Part shown: positions 1 through 9,336 of the stretch, piece by piece
Layout of the letters: the number at the start of each line of letters is the position of its first letter
Position numbering within the stretch: position 1 is the stretch's first letter
DNA from: Xylanibacter ruminicola 23
Lineage (GTDB): Bacteria; Bacteroidota; Bacteroidia; Bacteroidales; Bacteroidaceae
Reading direction: 5' to 3'
Length of the DNA stretch: 32,000 nt
Assembly: GCF_000025925.1 (NCBI RefSeq)
Contig: NC_014033.1
Coordinates: forward strand, 1,860,001-1,892,000
Notes under the pieces: generated by a model
The model's input: only the letters and a program-made list of their open reading frames with translations
The model's database searches: none
What the model was told of the DNA's origin: nothing
Translations under genes and position numbers: made by a program

Positions 1-221
1 TTCACACGCCCGTCCTTGGCCTCGGCAGCGTCGTTAATAATGCTATACTGGGTTTCTATCTCCATAGCCTTACGATGAAAGGCTGCGGCTTTAGGCGAAC
101 CATAGATGATAGGTGTACACATATCCAGCATCATGGGGTCTTCGAAAGCACGAAGTATCACCTCATAACCAATGCCGTTGGTGTCGCCATGCGTGATGGC
201 CACGCGAATTTTCTTATCCAT
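1..221 (-). CDS. pdxA: 4-hydroxythreonine-4-phosphate dehydrogenase PdxA, N-terminal 73 codons; gene runs off the left edge
   Basis: Minus-strand ATG at 219-221. The frame stays open to position 1 and reads MDKKIRVAITHGDTNGIGYEVILRAFEDPMMLDMCTPIIYGSPKAAAFHRKAMEIE, the ITxGDxxGIGxE-type N-terminus typical of PdxA. It is absent from the ORF track because it is truncated. Confidence 0.7.
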   Translation of the reverse strand, partial: MDKKIRVAITHGDTNGIGYEVILRAFEDPMMLDMCTPIIYGSPKAAAFHRKAMEIETQYSIINDAAEAKDGRV

Positions 222-238
222 AGATATATTTGACAATT

Positions 239-1312
239 TTACGATTTACTATTTGACAATTTCTTGGCCGTACTCAGCAGACCACAGGCTGCAAAGATAT
301 CCTGTCCACGACTGGCGCGGATAGTGGTAAACACACCATGGGCGGTGAGATAGTCACGCAAGGCTTCCATGCGCTTCTCGTCGGCACCAGGCAAATCCAC
401 ACCAGGAATCTCGTGGAATCGAATCAAATTTACACGGCAGTCCAATCCACGCACCAGCTTCACAATCTCGCGGGCATGCATGGTGGTGTCGTTCAGTCCG
501 GCAAAGCAGATGTACTCGAACGAACAACGGCGCTGGTGCGAGAAGTCGTACTGCTTCAGCAGGTCAATCACCTCGGTAATCGACATCTGCTTCTCGGCAG
601 GCATCAACATCTGGCGCTGTTCGGGCAGTGGCGAGTGCATCGATATAGCCACGTGGCACTCACTCTCGTCGAGGAATCGCTTCAGCTTGTTCTTCACACC
701 CACACTCGATACAGTGATGCGGCGCGGACTCCAGGCATAACCCCAATCGGCAGTCAGCACCTGGGTGGCCTGCAGGATAGCGTCGAGGTTATCCATGGGC
801 TCACCCTGACCCATAAACACGATATTGGTCAGTGTGTCGCGCTCTGGCAACGCATATATCTGGTTCAGGATATCAGCAGCAGTCAAACTGCCCTCAAACC
901 CCTGTTTACCAGTCTGACAGAACAAGCAATTCATTTTACAACCCACCTGACACGATACACACAGCGTGGCGCGATCGCCGATTCCCGAGCCTTGCTCGCC
1001 TACCCGTCGCCTTTCTGGTATATACACCGTTTCAACAAACTTACCACTACGGGTTGGGAACAGATATTTGATGGTTCCATCCACCGAACGCTGACAGTCG
1101 ATGGGCGCCATGCTGCCCACCTCGTACTGTTCGGCCAGTTTTTCACGGTTTGCCTTCGACAGGTTGGTCATATCGGCAATGCTACCAACATGTTGCTGGT
1201 AGAGCCACTTGGCAATCTGTGCAGCCGTAAACTTGGGCATTCCCAATTCGGTTACCACTTGCTGCAATTCGCCAGGCTGCATGCCTAATAATACCTTCTT
1301 TTCGTCGTACAT
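239..1312 (-). CDS. rlmN: 23S rRNA/tRNA adenine-C2 methyltransferase RlmN (radical SAM)
   Basis: 357-aa ORF with a radical-SAM CxxxCxxC box (CKMNCLFCQTG), a C-terminal Cys region (IFAACGLL) and RlmN/Cfr-like length and layout. Confidence 0.9.
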   Translation of the reverse strand: MYDEKKVLLGMQPGELQQVVTELGMPKFTAAQIAKWLYQQHVGSIADMTNLSKANREKLAEQYEVGSMAPIDCQRSVDGTIKYLFPTRSGKFVETVYIPERRRVGEQGSGIGDRATLCVSCQVGCKMNCLFCQTGKQGFEGSLTAADILNQIYALPERDTLTNIVFMGQGEPMDNLDAILQATQVLTADWGYAWSPRRITVSSVGVKNKLKRFLDESECHVAISMHSPLPEQRQMLMPAEKQMSITEVIDLLKQYDFSHQRRCSFEYICFAGLNDTTMHAREIVKLVRGLDCRVNLIRFHEIPGVDLPGADEKRMEALRDYLTAHGVFTTIRASRGQDIFAACGLLSTAKKLSNSKS

Positions 1313-1328
1313 CTTTACTTTTTGGGTG

Positions 1329-1336
1329 CAAAGGTA
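1329..1336 (-). promoter_or_regulatory. Bacteroidetes-type -7 promoter box (TACCTTTG) for rlmN
   Basis: The reverse complement of caaaggta is TACCTTTG, matching TAnnTTTG, 17-24 nt upstream of the rlmN ATG. Confidence 0.4.
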
Positions 1337-1414
1337 GAAAAATTTCCCTAATTTATTTGGTTTTCTCGGAAAATATTACGAATTTTGCGCTTTATAAATC
1401 ACTAATTACACGTA

Positions 1415-4400
1415 ATGAGAGAAAAAATTGACTGTTTTTTGCCTTGCAACGACCTTGAGACAGCGCGCGATGTGATAGCGCAAATCAAGGGTAGCAAGAC
1501 TATTCAACATATCTGTTTGCTGGTAAACCAACCCCTTGAGGCCACAGACGAGGCCCTGAGCGATTGCGAGCAAATAGTAGTTAACGACCTGACAAGCAGC
1601 ACAACCCTACAGGCTATTTCAGAACATGCCAAAGCTGATTACGCCCTGTTGCAGATTCGTCCACGACAGATACAGATGGCCAAAGGCACACTCGACCGCA
1701 TGCTGCGTATCGCATCCGATTCGGATGCTGCCATGATCTACGCCGACCACAACGACCTGATTGATGGCAAGCTGCAGCCCCATCCTGTTATCGATTATCA
1801 GATAGGTAGTATCCGCGACGATTTCGATCTGGGCTCGCTCATCCTGGTTAAAACCAGTCTGCTGCACTGCTTTACCATGCAATGCAACGAGCACCCCTAT
1901 CAGTATGCTGCTGTTTATGCCCTGCGCTTGTTCCTGAGTCGTAAAGGCCGTATCTTCCACATTAACGAGAAGCTTTATACCGAGCAGGAGACCGATACAC
2001 GCGCCTCGGGCGAAAAGCAGTTCGACTATGTGAACCCACGCAATCGCGAAGTACAGATTGAGATGGAGCATGCTGCCACCGCCCACTTGGCTGCCATCGG
2101 CGCCAAAATCGACCCCACGTTCTATCGCCGCCCCGACTTTAACGAGCAGGAGTTTGATGTAGAAGCATCGGTGGTTATACCTGTTTACAATCGCGAAAAA
2201 ACCATTTGCGATGCTGTTAACAGCGCGCTGAGCCAGAAAACCAAATTTAAGTATAATGTGATAGTGGTTGATAACCACTCTACCGATAAGACGACCGAGT
2301 TGCTGCGTGGTTTCCACGACGAGCGACTTATCCATATCATCCCCGAGCGTAACGATTTGGGTATTGGTGGCTGCTGGAACATGGCCATCCACGACGACCG
2401 TTGCGGACGTTTTGCCGTGCAGCTGGATAGCGACGACCTGTACTCGTCGCCCAAAACCCTGCAGCAGATTGTAGATACCTTCTACAAGCAGAATGCCGCC
2501 ATGGTGATTGGTTCGTATCGCATGTGCGACTTCGACCTGAACACGCTGCCACCAGGACTCATCGACCACGCCGAGTGGACGGATGAGAACGGACCTAACA
2601 ATGCTCTGCGTATCAATGGTCTGGGTGCGCCACGCGCCTTCTTCACCCCACTGCTGCGCCAGGTTGGATTCCCCAACACCTCGTATGGCGAGGACTATGC
2701 GTTGGGATTGATTTTCTCGCGCCACTACCGTATCGGTCGTATCTTCAGCGAACTTTATCTCTGTCGCCGCTGGGGTGGCAACAGCGATGCAGCCCTCTCT
2801 ATCGAAAAGGTAAACGCCAACAACCTGTATAAGGACCAGTTGCGCTCGTTAGAGATTATGGCGCGCCAGCAGATGCTGCAGGGCAAGCAGGAAATGCTGA
2901 ACGATTCGCCCCTGATGCGATTCTTCAACCGTCAGTTAGAGAAGTGGGATGATGCCCGTCGCCGCTATCACGACCTGCGCAACGTGAAGACCCGCGAGTT
3001 GTCGGTAGGCACTTCAACCATGAAGGTGCAGTATAACCCCGCCCGTATCGTATCAACAGGCGCTAAGATTGACAAGCAGACACTGGCCGAGCGCCCCTGT
3101 TTCCTGTGCGAGCAGAATCGCCCCAAGGAGCAGGTTAAGAAATCTATCGATGGACAGTTCGACCTGCTGGTCAACCCCTTCCCCATCCTGCCCATCCACT
3201 TTACCATTCCATCGGTAAAGCACGAGCCGCAGTTGATTCGTAATGCCTATGGCGAGATTCATAAGCTGCTTACCGAGTATCCACAGATGATGGTATTCTA
3301 TAACGGACCAAAGTGCGGTGCTTCGGCTCCCGATCACGCCCACTTCCAGGGTGGCACATCAGGTGTATTACCCCTGCAGATGGCATGGGGCCGCTTGTCG
3401 CGCAGTCTGAAACCCATCCTGGAGCTGAATAACGAGGAGGGCATCTCGCTGATTGAGGAGTATCCCTGCCCCGCCCTGCTCATCCACAGCAAAACGCAAT
3501 ATGGCGACGAGCAGCTGTTCCGTCGTTTGTACGAGTCGCTGCCCATTAAAGAAGGCGAGCCCGAGCCAATGCTCAACATCGTAAGCTGGCGAAACGATGC
3601 CGATTACTACTCGGTGGTATTCCCCCGCGACAAACACCGTCCCGACTGCTACTACAAGGAGGGCTGCGAGCAATACATCATATCGCCAGGTGCTCTGGAC
3701 ATGGCAGGTTTCATCGTTACCCCACGTAAGGAGGATTTCGATCGCATTACCCCCGAGGTAGCCCTGGGCATACTTAACGAAGTATCGCTGCCAGCCGATG
3801 CGCTTCAACAGGTTATCGAACGCCTGAGAGCTACTCAAAATTCAATGGTCAATGGTCAATGTTCAATGAAAAAAGAGCCAAACGTTACCGTGGGTATCGT
3901 CAGTGGCGAAAAGATATCGTTCAGCCTTAACAAACCTTACATGGCTAAGGGCGAGGTGATTACCGGCGACCAGGTAGTTGAGTTTAGCGATGGCGGTATT
4001 CTGTGGCGTGGCACCCAGTATCGTAACCTGACATTTACCCCACAGACCGACGATGCCTCGTTCTCGCTCAACGATGTGACTATCGGCGTTAACTTCCACT
4101 GGGAGCGCAAGGAAACCCAGACCTTCGAGGGTACCCTGCGCATTGTGGTTGAGGCCGATAAGATTGTGGCCATCAACGAGTTGCCGGTCGAGAAGTATCT
4201 TACCAGCGTGATATCAAGTGAAATGAGCAGCACCTCGAGTGTTGAGTTCCTCAAGGCCCACGCCGTTATCTCGCGTTCGTGGCTGCTGGCACAGATTGAG
4301 AAACGCAAACAGCACGAAAGCGGTGGCGACAATTTCTTCTCGTTTACTAAGAGTGACCAGGAGTTTATCCGCTGGTACGACCGCGAGGATCATACCATCT

Positions 4401-5089
4401 TTGATGTATGTGCCGACGATCACTGCCAGCGTTACCAAGGCATCACCCGCGCCAACAACACCCATGTTGAGGAGGCTATCAGCCAGACTCGCGGTCAGGT
4501 GCTGATGTATGGCGACGAGATTTGCGACGCCCGTTTCTCAAAGTGCTGTGGTGGTCAGACCGAGGAGTTCCAATACTGCTGGGAAGATACCCCTAAGCCA
4601 TATCTCGTTTCGTTCCACGATCCTTACTGCAACACCAGCGATAAGCACATCCTTTCGCAGGTACTCAACGATTTCGATCAGGAAACCCCCGATTTCTATC
4701 GTTGGACGGTAAGCTACACCCAGCAGGAACTGTCGGAGTTGGTAAACCGCAAACTCAAGATCGACTTTGGTACCATTACCGACCTCATCCCCGTTGAGCG
4801 TGGCAAGAGCGACCGTATCTGGAAACTCAAGATTGTTGGTACCAAAAAGACCCTCACCATCGGTAAGGAGTTGGAAATCCGCCGTGCCCTGAGCGAGAGC
4901 CACCTCTACTCATCAGCCTTTGATGTTGAGAAAGATGGCGATAAGTTTGTGCTTAAAGGCAAGGGCTGGGGCCATGGTGTTGGCTTGTGCCAGATAGGTG
5001 CCGCTGTGATGGGCGAGCAAGGTCATCCTTACGATGATATCCTGCTGTTCTACTATCGCGGTGCCCAAATCAAGCGCCTCTACGATTAA
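1415..5089 (+). CDS. Triple-domain cell-envelope protein: family-2 glycosyltransferase + HIT/GalT-like (DUF4922-type) domain + SpoIID/LytB domain
   Basis: One uninterrupted 1224-codon frame. The GT-A/GT2 part has [32 protein letters not shown] and QLDSDD. The middle domain carries an HxHxQ box ([10 protein letters not shown]), as in GalT-branch HIT proteins. The C-terminal part begins at [14 protein letters not shown] and has SpoIID-type motifs ([29 protein letters not shown]). Confidence 0.8.
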   Translation: MREKIDCFLPCNDLETARDVIAQIKGSKTIQHICLLVNQPLEATDEALSDCEQIVVNDLTSSTTLQAISEHAKADYALLQIRPRQIQMAKGTLDRMLRIASDSDAAMIYADHNDLIDGKLQPHPVIDYQIGSIRDDFDLGSLILVKTSLLHCFTMQCNEHPYQYAAVYALRLFLSRKGRIFHINEKLYTEQETDTRASGEKQFDYVNPRNREVQIEMEHAATAHLAAIGAKIDPTFYRRPDFNEQEFDVEASVVIPVYNREKTICDAVNSALSQKTKFKYNVIVVDNHSTDKTTELLRGFHDERLIHIIPERNDLGIGGCWNMAIHDDRCGRFAVQLDSDDLYSSPKTLQQIVDTFYKQNAAMVIGSYRMCDFDLNTLPPGLIDHAEWTDENGPNNALRINGLGAPRAFFTPLLRQVGFPNTSYGEDYALGLIFSRHYRIGRIFSELYLCRRWGGNSDAALSIEKVNANNLYKDQLRSLEIMARQQMLQGKQEMLNDSPLMRFFNRQLEKWDDARRRYHDLRNVKTRELSVGTSTMKVQYNPARIVSTGAKIDKQTLAERPCFLCEQNRPKEQVKKSIDGQFDLLVNPFPILPIHFTIPSVKHEPQLIRNAYGEIHKLLTEYPQMMVFYNGPKCGASAPDHAHFQGGTSGVLPLQMAWGRLSRSLKPILELNNEEGISLIEEYPCPALLIHSKTQYGDEQLFRRLYESLPIKEGEPEPMLNIVSWRNDADYYSVVFPRDKHRPDCYYKEGCEQYIISPGALDMAGFIVTPRKEDFDRITPEVALGILNEVSLPADALQQVIERLRATQNSMVNGQCSMKKEPNVTVGIVSGEKISFSLNKPYMAKGEVITGDQVVEFSDGGILWRGTQYRNLTFTPQTDDASFSLNDVTIGVNFHWERKETQTFEGTLRIVVEADKIVAINELPVEKYLTSVISSEMSSTSSVEFLKAHAVISRSWLLAQIEKRKQHESGGDNFFSFTKSDQEFIRWYDREDHTIFDVCADDHCQRYQGITRANNTHVEEAISQTRGQVLMYGDEICDARFSKCCGGQTEEFQYCWEDTPKPYLVSFHDPYCNTSDKHILSQVLNDFDQETPDFYRWTVSYTQQELSELVNRKLKIDFGTITDLIPVERGKSDRIWKLKIVGTKKTLTIGKELEIRRALSESHLYSSAFDVEKDGDKFVLKGKGWGHGVGLCQIGAAVMGEQGHPYDDILLFYYRGAQIKRLYD
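3841..3868. repeat. Heptamer micro-array, 4 units (ttcaatg gtcaatg gtcaatg ttcaatg), translated in frame as SMVNGQCSM
   Basis: Exact 7-nt phasing read directly from the sequence. The last ATG (3866-3868) is the Met that opens the SpoIID-type domain. Confidence 0.9.
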
Positions 5090-5094
5090 AAATA

Positions 5095-5122
5095 TTTCAT
5101 GTTTAATGTTTAATGTTTCATG
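5095..5122. repeat. Heptamer micro-array, 4 units (tttcatg tttaatg tttaatg tttcatg); the last ATG is the ampG start codon
   Basis: Read directly. It fills the 30-nt gap between the stop at 5087-5089 and the ATG at 5120. Confidence 0.9.
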
Positions 5123-6388
5123 AACAATAAGAATCCTTGGGCCTGGGTGCCCACCCTTTACTTTGCCGAGGGCGTTCCCTACGTAGCTGTGATGACCATC
5201 TCGGTTATCATCTACAAGCGCCTTGGTTTGTCGAATACCGACATCACGCTCTACACCTCGTGGCTCTATCTGCCTTGGGTTATCAAGCCCCTTTGGAGCC
5301 CGTTTGTAGACATGTTACGAACCAAACGCTGGTGGATACTCAGTATGCAGATACTGATAGCTGCAGCCCTGGCAGGTGTGGCTTTTACCATCCCGGGACC
5401 GTTTTGGCTGCAAGGCTCGCTCAGCTTTTTCTGGCTGTTGGCCTTTAGCAGTGCCACCCACGATATTGCTGCCGACGGCTTTTATATGTTAGGACTGGAG
5501 CAGCACGAGCAGGCCTATTTTGTGGGCATCCGTTCCACGTTCTATCGCATAGCCACCATTTTCTCGTCGGGCTTGCTGGTAGGCTTGGCAGGTGTGTTGC
5601 AGGTGCTCACCCGTAGCATCAGCTATGCCTGGAGCCTGGTGTTCTATCTCATAGCCGGTCTGTTTATCGCCTTGTGGCTCTATCATAGCTGGGCACTGCC
5701 CCGCCCCAGCGAGGACACCCATCGCATACAGAAAACCGCTGCCGATATCATCACCGAGTTCTGGAACACACTCGTAACCTTCTTCCAGAAACCACAGGTA
5801 TGGGTAGGCATCTGCTTTATGCTGTTCTATCGTATGCCTGAGGGACTGCTGGCAAAGGTATCGGCTCTGTTCCTGGTTGATAAGATGGCCAATGGCGGTC
5901 TGGGCCTGAGTGATGTAGAGTTTGGTATGGTTCAGGGTACCGTAGGTGTTATCGGCCTTACCTTAGGTGGCATTTTAGGTGGTATCGCCGCCAGCCGCGA
6001 CGGACTTAAACGTTGGCTGTGGCCTATGGTGATGGCTATCACCATTCCCGATTTGGTATACGTATATCTTTCGTGCGCCCTGCCATCCAGTCTGCTTATC
6101 ATCAACATCTGTATCTTCTTAGAGCAGTTTGGTTATGGTTTTGGTTTCTCGGCCTATATGCTATACCTTATATATTATAGTCAGGGCGAGCACAAAACAG
6201 CCCACTATGCACTGTGTACCGCTTTCATGGCCCTGTCGATGATGATACCAGGATTGTTTGCCGGTGCCCTGCAAGAGGCTGTGGGCTATCGTGCATTCTT
6301 CGTGATCGTCGTGGTTTGCTGCGTGATGACCTACATCGTTGCCAGCTTACTGAAGATCGATCCCGAGTTCGGAAAGAAAAAAGAGTAA
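5120..6388 (+). CDS. ampG: AmpG-family MFS muropeptide permease
   Basis: 422 aa, about 12 hydrophobic segments, and an N-terminal WVPTLYFAEGVPYV ... SWLYLPWVIKPLWSPFVD signature typical of AmpG/PAT-family permeases. It is tightly linked to the upstream cell-wall gene. Confidence 0.8.
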   Translation: MNNKNPWAWVPTLYFAEGVPYVAVMTISVIIYKRLGLSNTDITLYTSWLYLPWVIKPLWSPFVDMLRTKRWWILSMQILIAAALAGVAFTIPGPFWLQGSLSFFWLLAFSSATHDIAADGFYMLGLEQHEQAYFVGIRSTFYRIATIFSSGLLVGLAGVLQVLTRSISYAWSLVFYLIAGLFIALWLYHSWALPRPSEDTHRIQKTAADIITEFWNTLVTFFQKPQVWVGICFMLFYRMPEGLLAKVSALFLVDKMANGGLGLSDVEFGMVQGTVGVIGLTLGGILGGIAASRDGLKRWLWPMVMAITIPDLVYVYLSCALPSSLLIINICIFLEQFGYGFGFSAYMLYLIYYSQGEHKTAHYALCTAFMALSMMIPGLFAGALQEAVGYRAFFVIVVVCCVMTYIVASLLKIDPEFGKKKE

Positions 6389-6394
6389 TTTTTA

Positions 6395-6489
6395 GGCACG
6401 GATTACACGGCTTTAATTATATTAAAACACGGCTTTAGCATCGCAACTAAGGCCGTGTTTCTTTGTAAAAGAGCCGTGTAATCCGTGCC
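6395..6489. terminator. Nested palindrome filling the convergent ampG/cysE intergenic gap (probable bidirectional terminator / REP-like element)
   Basis: The outer arms are 18 bp and perfect: ggcacggattacacggct (6395-6412) and agccgtgtaatccgtgcc (6472-6489). The inner hairpin is 9 bp: aaacacggc (6425-6433) / gccgtgttt (6452-6460). Confidence 0.6.
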
Positions 6490-6493
6490 AAAT

Positions 6494-7414
6494 TTAAATT
6501 CCAGCTCCGTCTTGGAAAGCTACATCCACTGCTTTACTCTGCTGAATGCGCGAGTAAGGCGGCACGCTATGCGTTACCCAGATGTTACCACCAATCACGG
6601 AGTCGTGACCGATGGTGATACGACCTAAGATTGAGGCATTGGAATAAACCGTCACATGGTCTTCCAGGATGGGGTGACGGGGGATGTTCAACATGTTACC
6701 ATTCTCATCGTACTTAAAGCTCTTGGCACCCAGTGTTACACCCTGATACAGTGTTACGTGGTTACCAATGATGGCCGTTTCGCCTATTACCACACCCGTT
6801 CCATGGTCGATGGCAAAGTACTCGCCAATCGTAGCTCCTGGGTGTATGTCGATACCCGTTTTGCTGTGTGCCTGCTCGGTGATGATACGTGGAATGACGG
6901 GCACCTGCAGCTCGTGCAACTTATGTGCTATGCGGTAGTGCGTCATCGTGTTCATTGATGGGTAGCAGAAGATTACCTCGCCAAAGTTAGGTGCAGCAGG
7001 GTCGTTATCAAACATCGCCTGTATGTCGGTATAAAGCAGTCGTTTAATCTCGGGCAATGCATCAATAAATGCAAGTGCTTTCTCTTCGGCTATGCCATAA
7101 ACCTGTGCCTTGGTACTGTTAGCCTCGCAGTCCTCGCAGAACTGTAGTCCGTGTGCAATCTGCTTGGTAAGCAGTGTTGTCAACTCCTCCATCCACACAC
7201 CTATATGATAGGCGCGGATAGCCTCGTCGGGCTGTCGCTTTTCAAAATAATCAGGAAAGATAATGCTCTTTACCAGCGTTACGATACGCTTCACCATCTC
7301 TACCGATGGCAGCGGTGCCACCGTGGCTGGCATCATACCCAACTCTCTTTCCGATTGCTTCGACAGCAGCGCCACATTCCTGCGCAATGTCTCGTTTATC
7401 TTTGTTTTGTCCAT
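6494..7414 (-). CDS. cysE: Serine O-acetyltransferase
   Basis: Hexapeptide-repeat left-handed beta-helix (GATIGEYFAIDHGTGVVIGETAIIGNHVTLYQGVTLG) after a helical SATase N-domain. I place the start at the ATG at 7412-7414 (MDKTKINETL); the track's upstream extension overlaps the promoter box. Confidence 0.85.
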   Translation of the reverse strand: MDKTKINETLRRNVALLSKQSERELGMMPATVAPLPSVEMVKRIVTLVKSIIFPDYFEKRQPDEAIRAYHIGVWMEELTTLLTKQIAHGLQFCEDCEANSTKAQVYGIAEEKALAFIDALPEIKRLLYTDIQAMFDNDPAAPNFGEVIFCYPSMNTMTHYRIAHKLHELQVPVIPRIITEQAHSKTGIDIHPGATIGEYFAIDHGTGVVIGETAIIGNHVTLYQGVTLGAKSFKYDENGNMLNIPRHPILEDHVTVYSNASILGRITIGHDSVIGGNIWVTHSVPPYSRIQQSKAVDVAFQDGAGI

Positions 7415-7438
7415 ACTTACAACGTTAAAGTTCGGGGG

Positions 7439-7446
7439 CAAAGGTA
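7439..7446 (-). promoter_or_regulatory. -7 promoter box TACCTTTG for cysE
   Basis: The reverse complement of caaaggta matches TAnnTTTG, about 25 nt upstream of the ATG at 7414. Confidence 0.4.
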
Positions 7447-7518
7447 CGAATAAGTGAGCGAAATACAAAATAAATCGACAAATATTTTTATTTCCGAGCG
7501 AAAGTACACTCTTATCTA

Positions 7519-8445
7519 CTACAATCTGATTCCGTACTTAGCTATCCGCTCCTCCATCATTCCTTCGGGCATGAATCGGAGGAGCGTTTTTGTGATGGTA
7601 TTCAGCATGGCCTGGCGGATGTAGTCCTCGCGGATGTAGAGCGATACACGGCGCTGCGACAGATAATCGCCCTCGATGCGGCGCACATTCTCGCGCTGTG
7701 CATCAGAAAGGAACGGCAGGTGCATCTCAGGGATAATGGTAAAACCGCCATTCTCGTCAACAATGCGTATCAGGGTATCGATACTGCCAGCCTCGTACAC
7801 CCTGCGGCCCTTGGTGCGCGCCTTGCAAAAGCTGAAAGCACTATCGCGCAGGCACTGGGCATCGCGCATAATCCACATTTGTTCGTGCTCCAGATTCTCG
7901 GGATGGAACACGGGCAGCTTGCGCCAACAATCGGCCGAGAGATACACCATAAACCGCTCGGTATAAAGCGGTATCTCGAGTATGCCCGGGTGTGCATGTC
8001 CGCCAGTGGCGATAGCACCATCGATATGTCCCTGCTGCAATTCGGCCTGAATGGCATCGCCCTTAAGCTCGATGATGGAAAGTCGCACCTGCGGATAATC
8101 CTCGGTATAAAAACGGATAAACTTGGGCAGGATATAAGGCGCGATGCTGGACACAACGCACAGGCGCAGATCGCCAGCCACGTCGCCCTTGTCTTCGCTC
8201 ACCAGCTCGTTGATTCGCTCGGCCTCAGCGATGGTACGCTCGGCCTGACGGATAATTTTCTCGCCGGCAATCGCGGGCGTAACACTCTTGTTGCTACGCT
8301 CAAAAATGCGCACGTCGAGTTCGTCTTCCAACTTTACCAACATGGCACTCAGGGTGGGTTGCGAAATGCCTAAGGCGTCGGCAGCCTTGGCAAAACTGCG
8401 GTAGCGATCGATGGCTACAATGTACTTAAGTTGCTGTAATGTCAT
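7519..8445 (-). CDS. oxyR: LysR-family redox regulator, OxyR-type
   Basis: N-terminal LysR HTH (MTLQQLKYIVAIDRYRSFAKAADALGISQPTLSAMLVKLEDEL). It also has a Cys pair in the OxyR context: DAQCLRDSAFSFC here versus E. coli DGHCLRDQAMGFC (C199/C208), with the same 9-residue spacing. The start is taken at the ATG at 8443-8445. Confidence 0.75.
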   Translation of the reverse strand: MTLQQLKYIVAIDRYRSFAKAADALGISQPTLSAMLVKLEDELDVRIFERSNKSVTPAIAGEKIIRQAERTIAEAERINELVSEDKGDVAGDLRLCVVSSIAPYILPKFIRFYTEDYPQVRLSIIELKGDAIQAELQQGHIDGAIATGGHAHPGILEIPLYTERFMVYLSADCWRKLPVFHPENLEHEQMWIMRDAQCLRDSAFSFCKARTKGRRVYEAGSIDTLIRIVDENGGFTIIPEMHLPFLSDAQRENVRRIEGDYLSQRRVSLYIREDYIRQAMLNTITKTLLRFMPEGMMEERIAKYGIRL

Positions 8446-8479
8446 ACGTTCCTGATATTTATAATAGATTACATCGATG

Positions 8480-8487
8480 CAAAGATA
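8480..8487 (-). promoter_or_regulatory. -7 promoter box TATCTTTG for oxyR-like gene
   Basis: The reverse complement of caaagata matches TAnnTTTG, 35 nt upstream of the start. Confidence 0.35.
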
Positions 8488-8511
8488 GATAAAATAATTC
8501 GTATATCTATC
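8484..8511. promoter_or_regulatory. Dyad GATAGAT-N14-ATCTATC, candidate LysR/OxyR operator in the divergent promoter region
   Basis: A perfect 7-bp inverted repeat lies between the two divergent -7 boxes. An AT-rich dyad in this position is typical of LysR autoregulatory sites. Confidence 0.3.
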
Positions 8512-8521
8512 AAAATATGCG

Positions 8522-8529
8522 TAATTTTG
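8522..8529 (+). promoter_or_regulatory. -7 promoter box TAATTTTG for the polyferredoxin gene
   Basis: Matches TAnnTTTG, 55 nt upstream of the ATG at 8584. Confidence 0.35.
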
Positions 8530-8583
8530 CACCGTGAAATAATAAAAATGGTAAAAAGGTAACTATTTAATAAGGTAAAAAGT

Positions 8584-9300
8584 ATGGCTAAAAATTTTCA
8601 TCGACACTTTAAAACGCCAGGTAAGCCACTCTACTGGATTATCATCGCCTACATCCTGCTGGGATGGTTTTTCCCAGTGATTGGTCTGGTGGCAATCATC
8701 TGCATGATTGGTCCGGTGCTATTCAGTATCTGGAAAGGACGATGGTGGTGCGGCAATGTTTGTCCGCGCGGCAATCTGTACAGCCGACTGCTGTCGAAGT
8801 ATTCCCCCCACCGCGAGATACCTAAGTTTGTACGCACCTTCGGGTTCCGATTGTTTATGGTGTTCTTTATCTTCACCATGTTTGGCATACAGCTGAGCTT
8901 TGTGCCCTGGAGCGAGGGCGGACTGCCCATGTGGGCTGGCATCGGTAAGGTGTTCTGGACCATCATTGTGGTAACCACCATCGTGGGTGTGGCGCTGGCA
9001 TTCATCTATGCCCCACGCACCTGGTGTACATTCTGCCCCATGGGAACCATCTCGAACTGGGTATCGCCCAAGCACGCACCACTGCCCAAGGCATTTACTA
9101 ATGTACACGTATCGAGTGCCTGCCAGATGAAGTGTAAGAGCTGTGCCCGCGTATGCCCCATGCAACTCACCCCGTACGACTCACGCGGTCAGGAATCGGG
9201 CTATCTGGATGCCGACTGCATTAAGTGCGGCAAGTGCACCCTGGCCTGCCCCACGAAGATTATGAGCATGAAACATGAAACATTAAAGATTAAACATTAA
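8584..9300 (+). CDS. Membrane-bound 4Fe-4S polyferredoxin (NapH/MauN-like)
   Basis: Four hydrophobic segments with CxxCP boxes (CGNVCPRG, CTFCPMG) plus two ferredoxin-type clusters (CQMKCKSCARVCP, CIKCGKCTLACP). The last 10 codons (MKHETLKIKH) are encoded by a heptamer array. Confidence 0.75.
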   Translation: MAKNFHRHFKTPGKPLYWIIIAYILLGWFFPVIGLVAIICMIGPVLFSIWKGRWWCGNVCPRGNLYSRLLSKYSPHREIPKFVRTFGFRLFMVFFIFTMFGIQLSFVPWSEGGLPMWAGIGKVFWTIIVVTTIVGVALAFIYAPRTWCTFCPMGTISNWVSPKHAPLPKAFTNVHVSSACQMKCKSCARVCPMQLTPYDSRGQESGYLDADCIKCGKCTLACPTKIMSMKHETLKIKH

Positions 9301-9308
9301 ACATTAAT
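9267..9308. repeat. Heptamer micro-array, 6 units (catgaaa catgaaa cattaaa gattaaa cattaaa cattaat)
   Basis: Read directly. It is the reverse-complement flavour of the 5095 array, and it contains the stop codon of the polyferredoxin gene. Confidence 0.9.
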
Positions 9309-9336
9309 ACCAACACAATTTTTTATATATAGCCCA

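Noticed and set aside
338-1288. Long antisense ORFs in the track (for example 338-1288 +, 1619-2725 -, 7720-8373 +, 10789-11670 +, 12070-12672 +, 18491-19126 +, 26685-27353 +, 28312-29259 +, 29320-29856 +)
   Set aside because: Each lies wholly inside, and opposite to, an ORF with clear family motifs. Their translations are low-complexity (rich in R/H/L/Q/G) with no recognisable motif. These are typical shadow ORFs.
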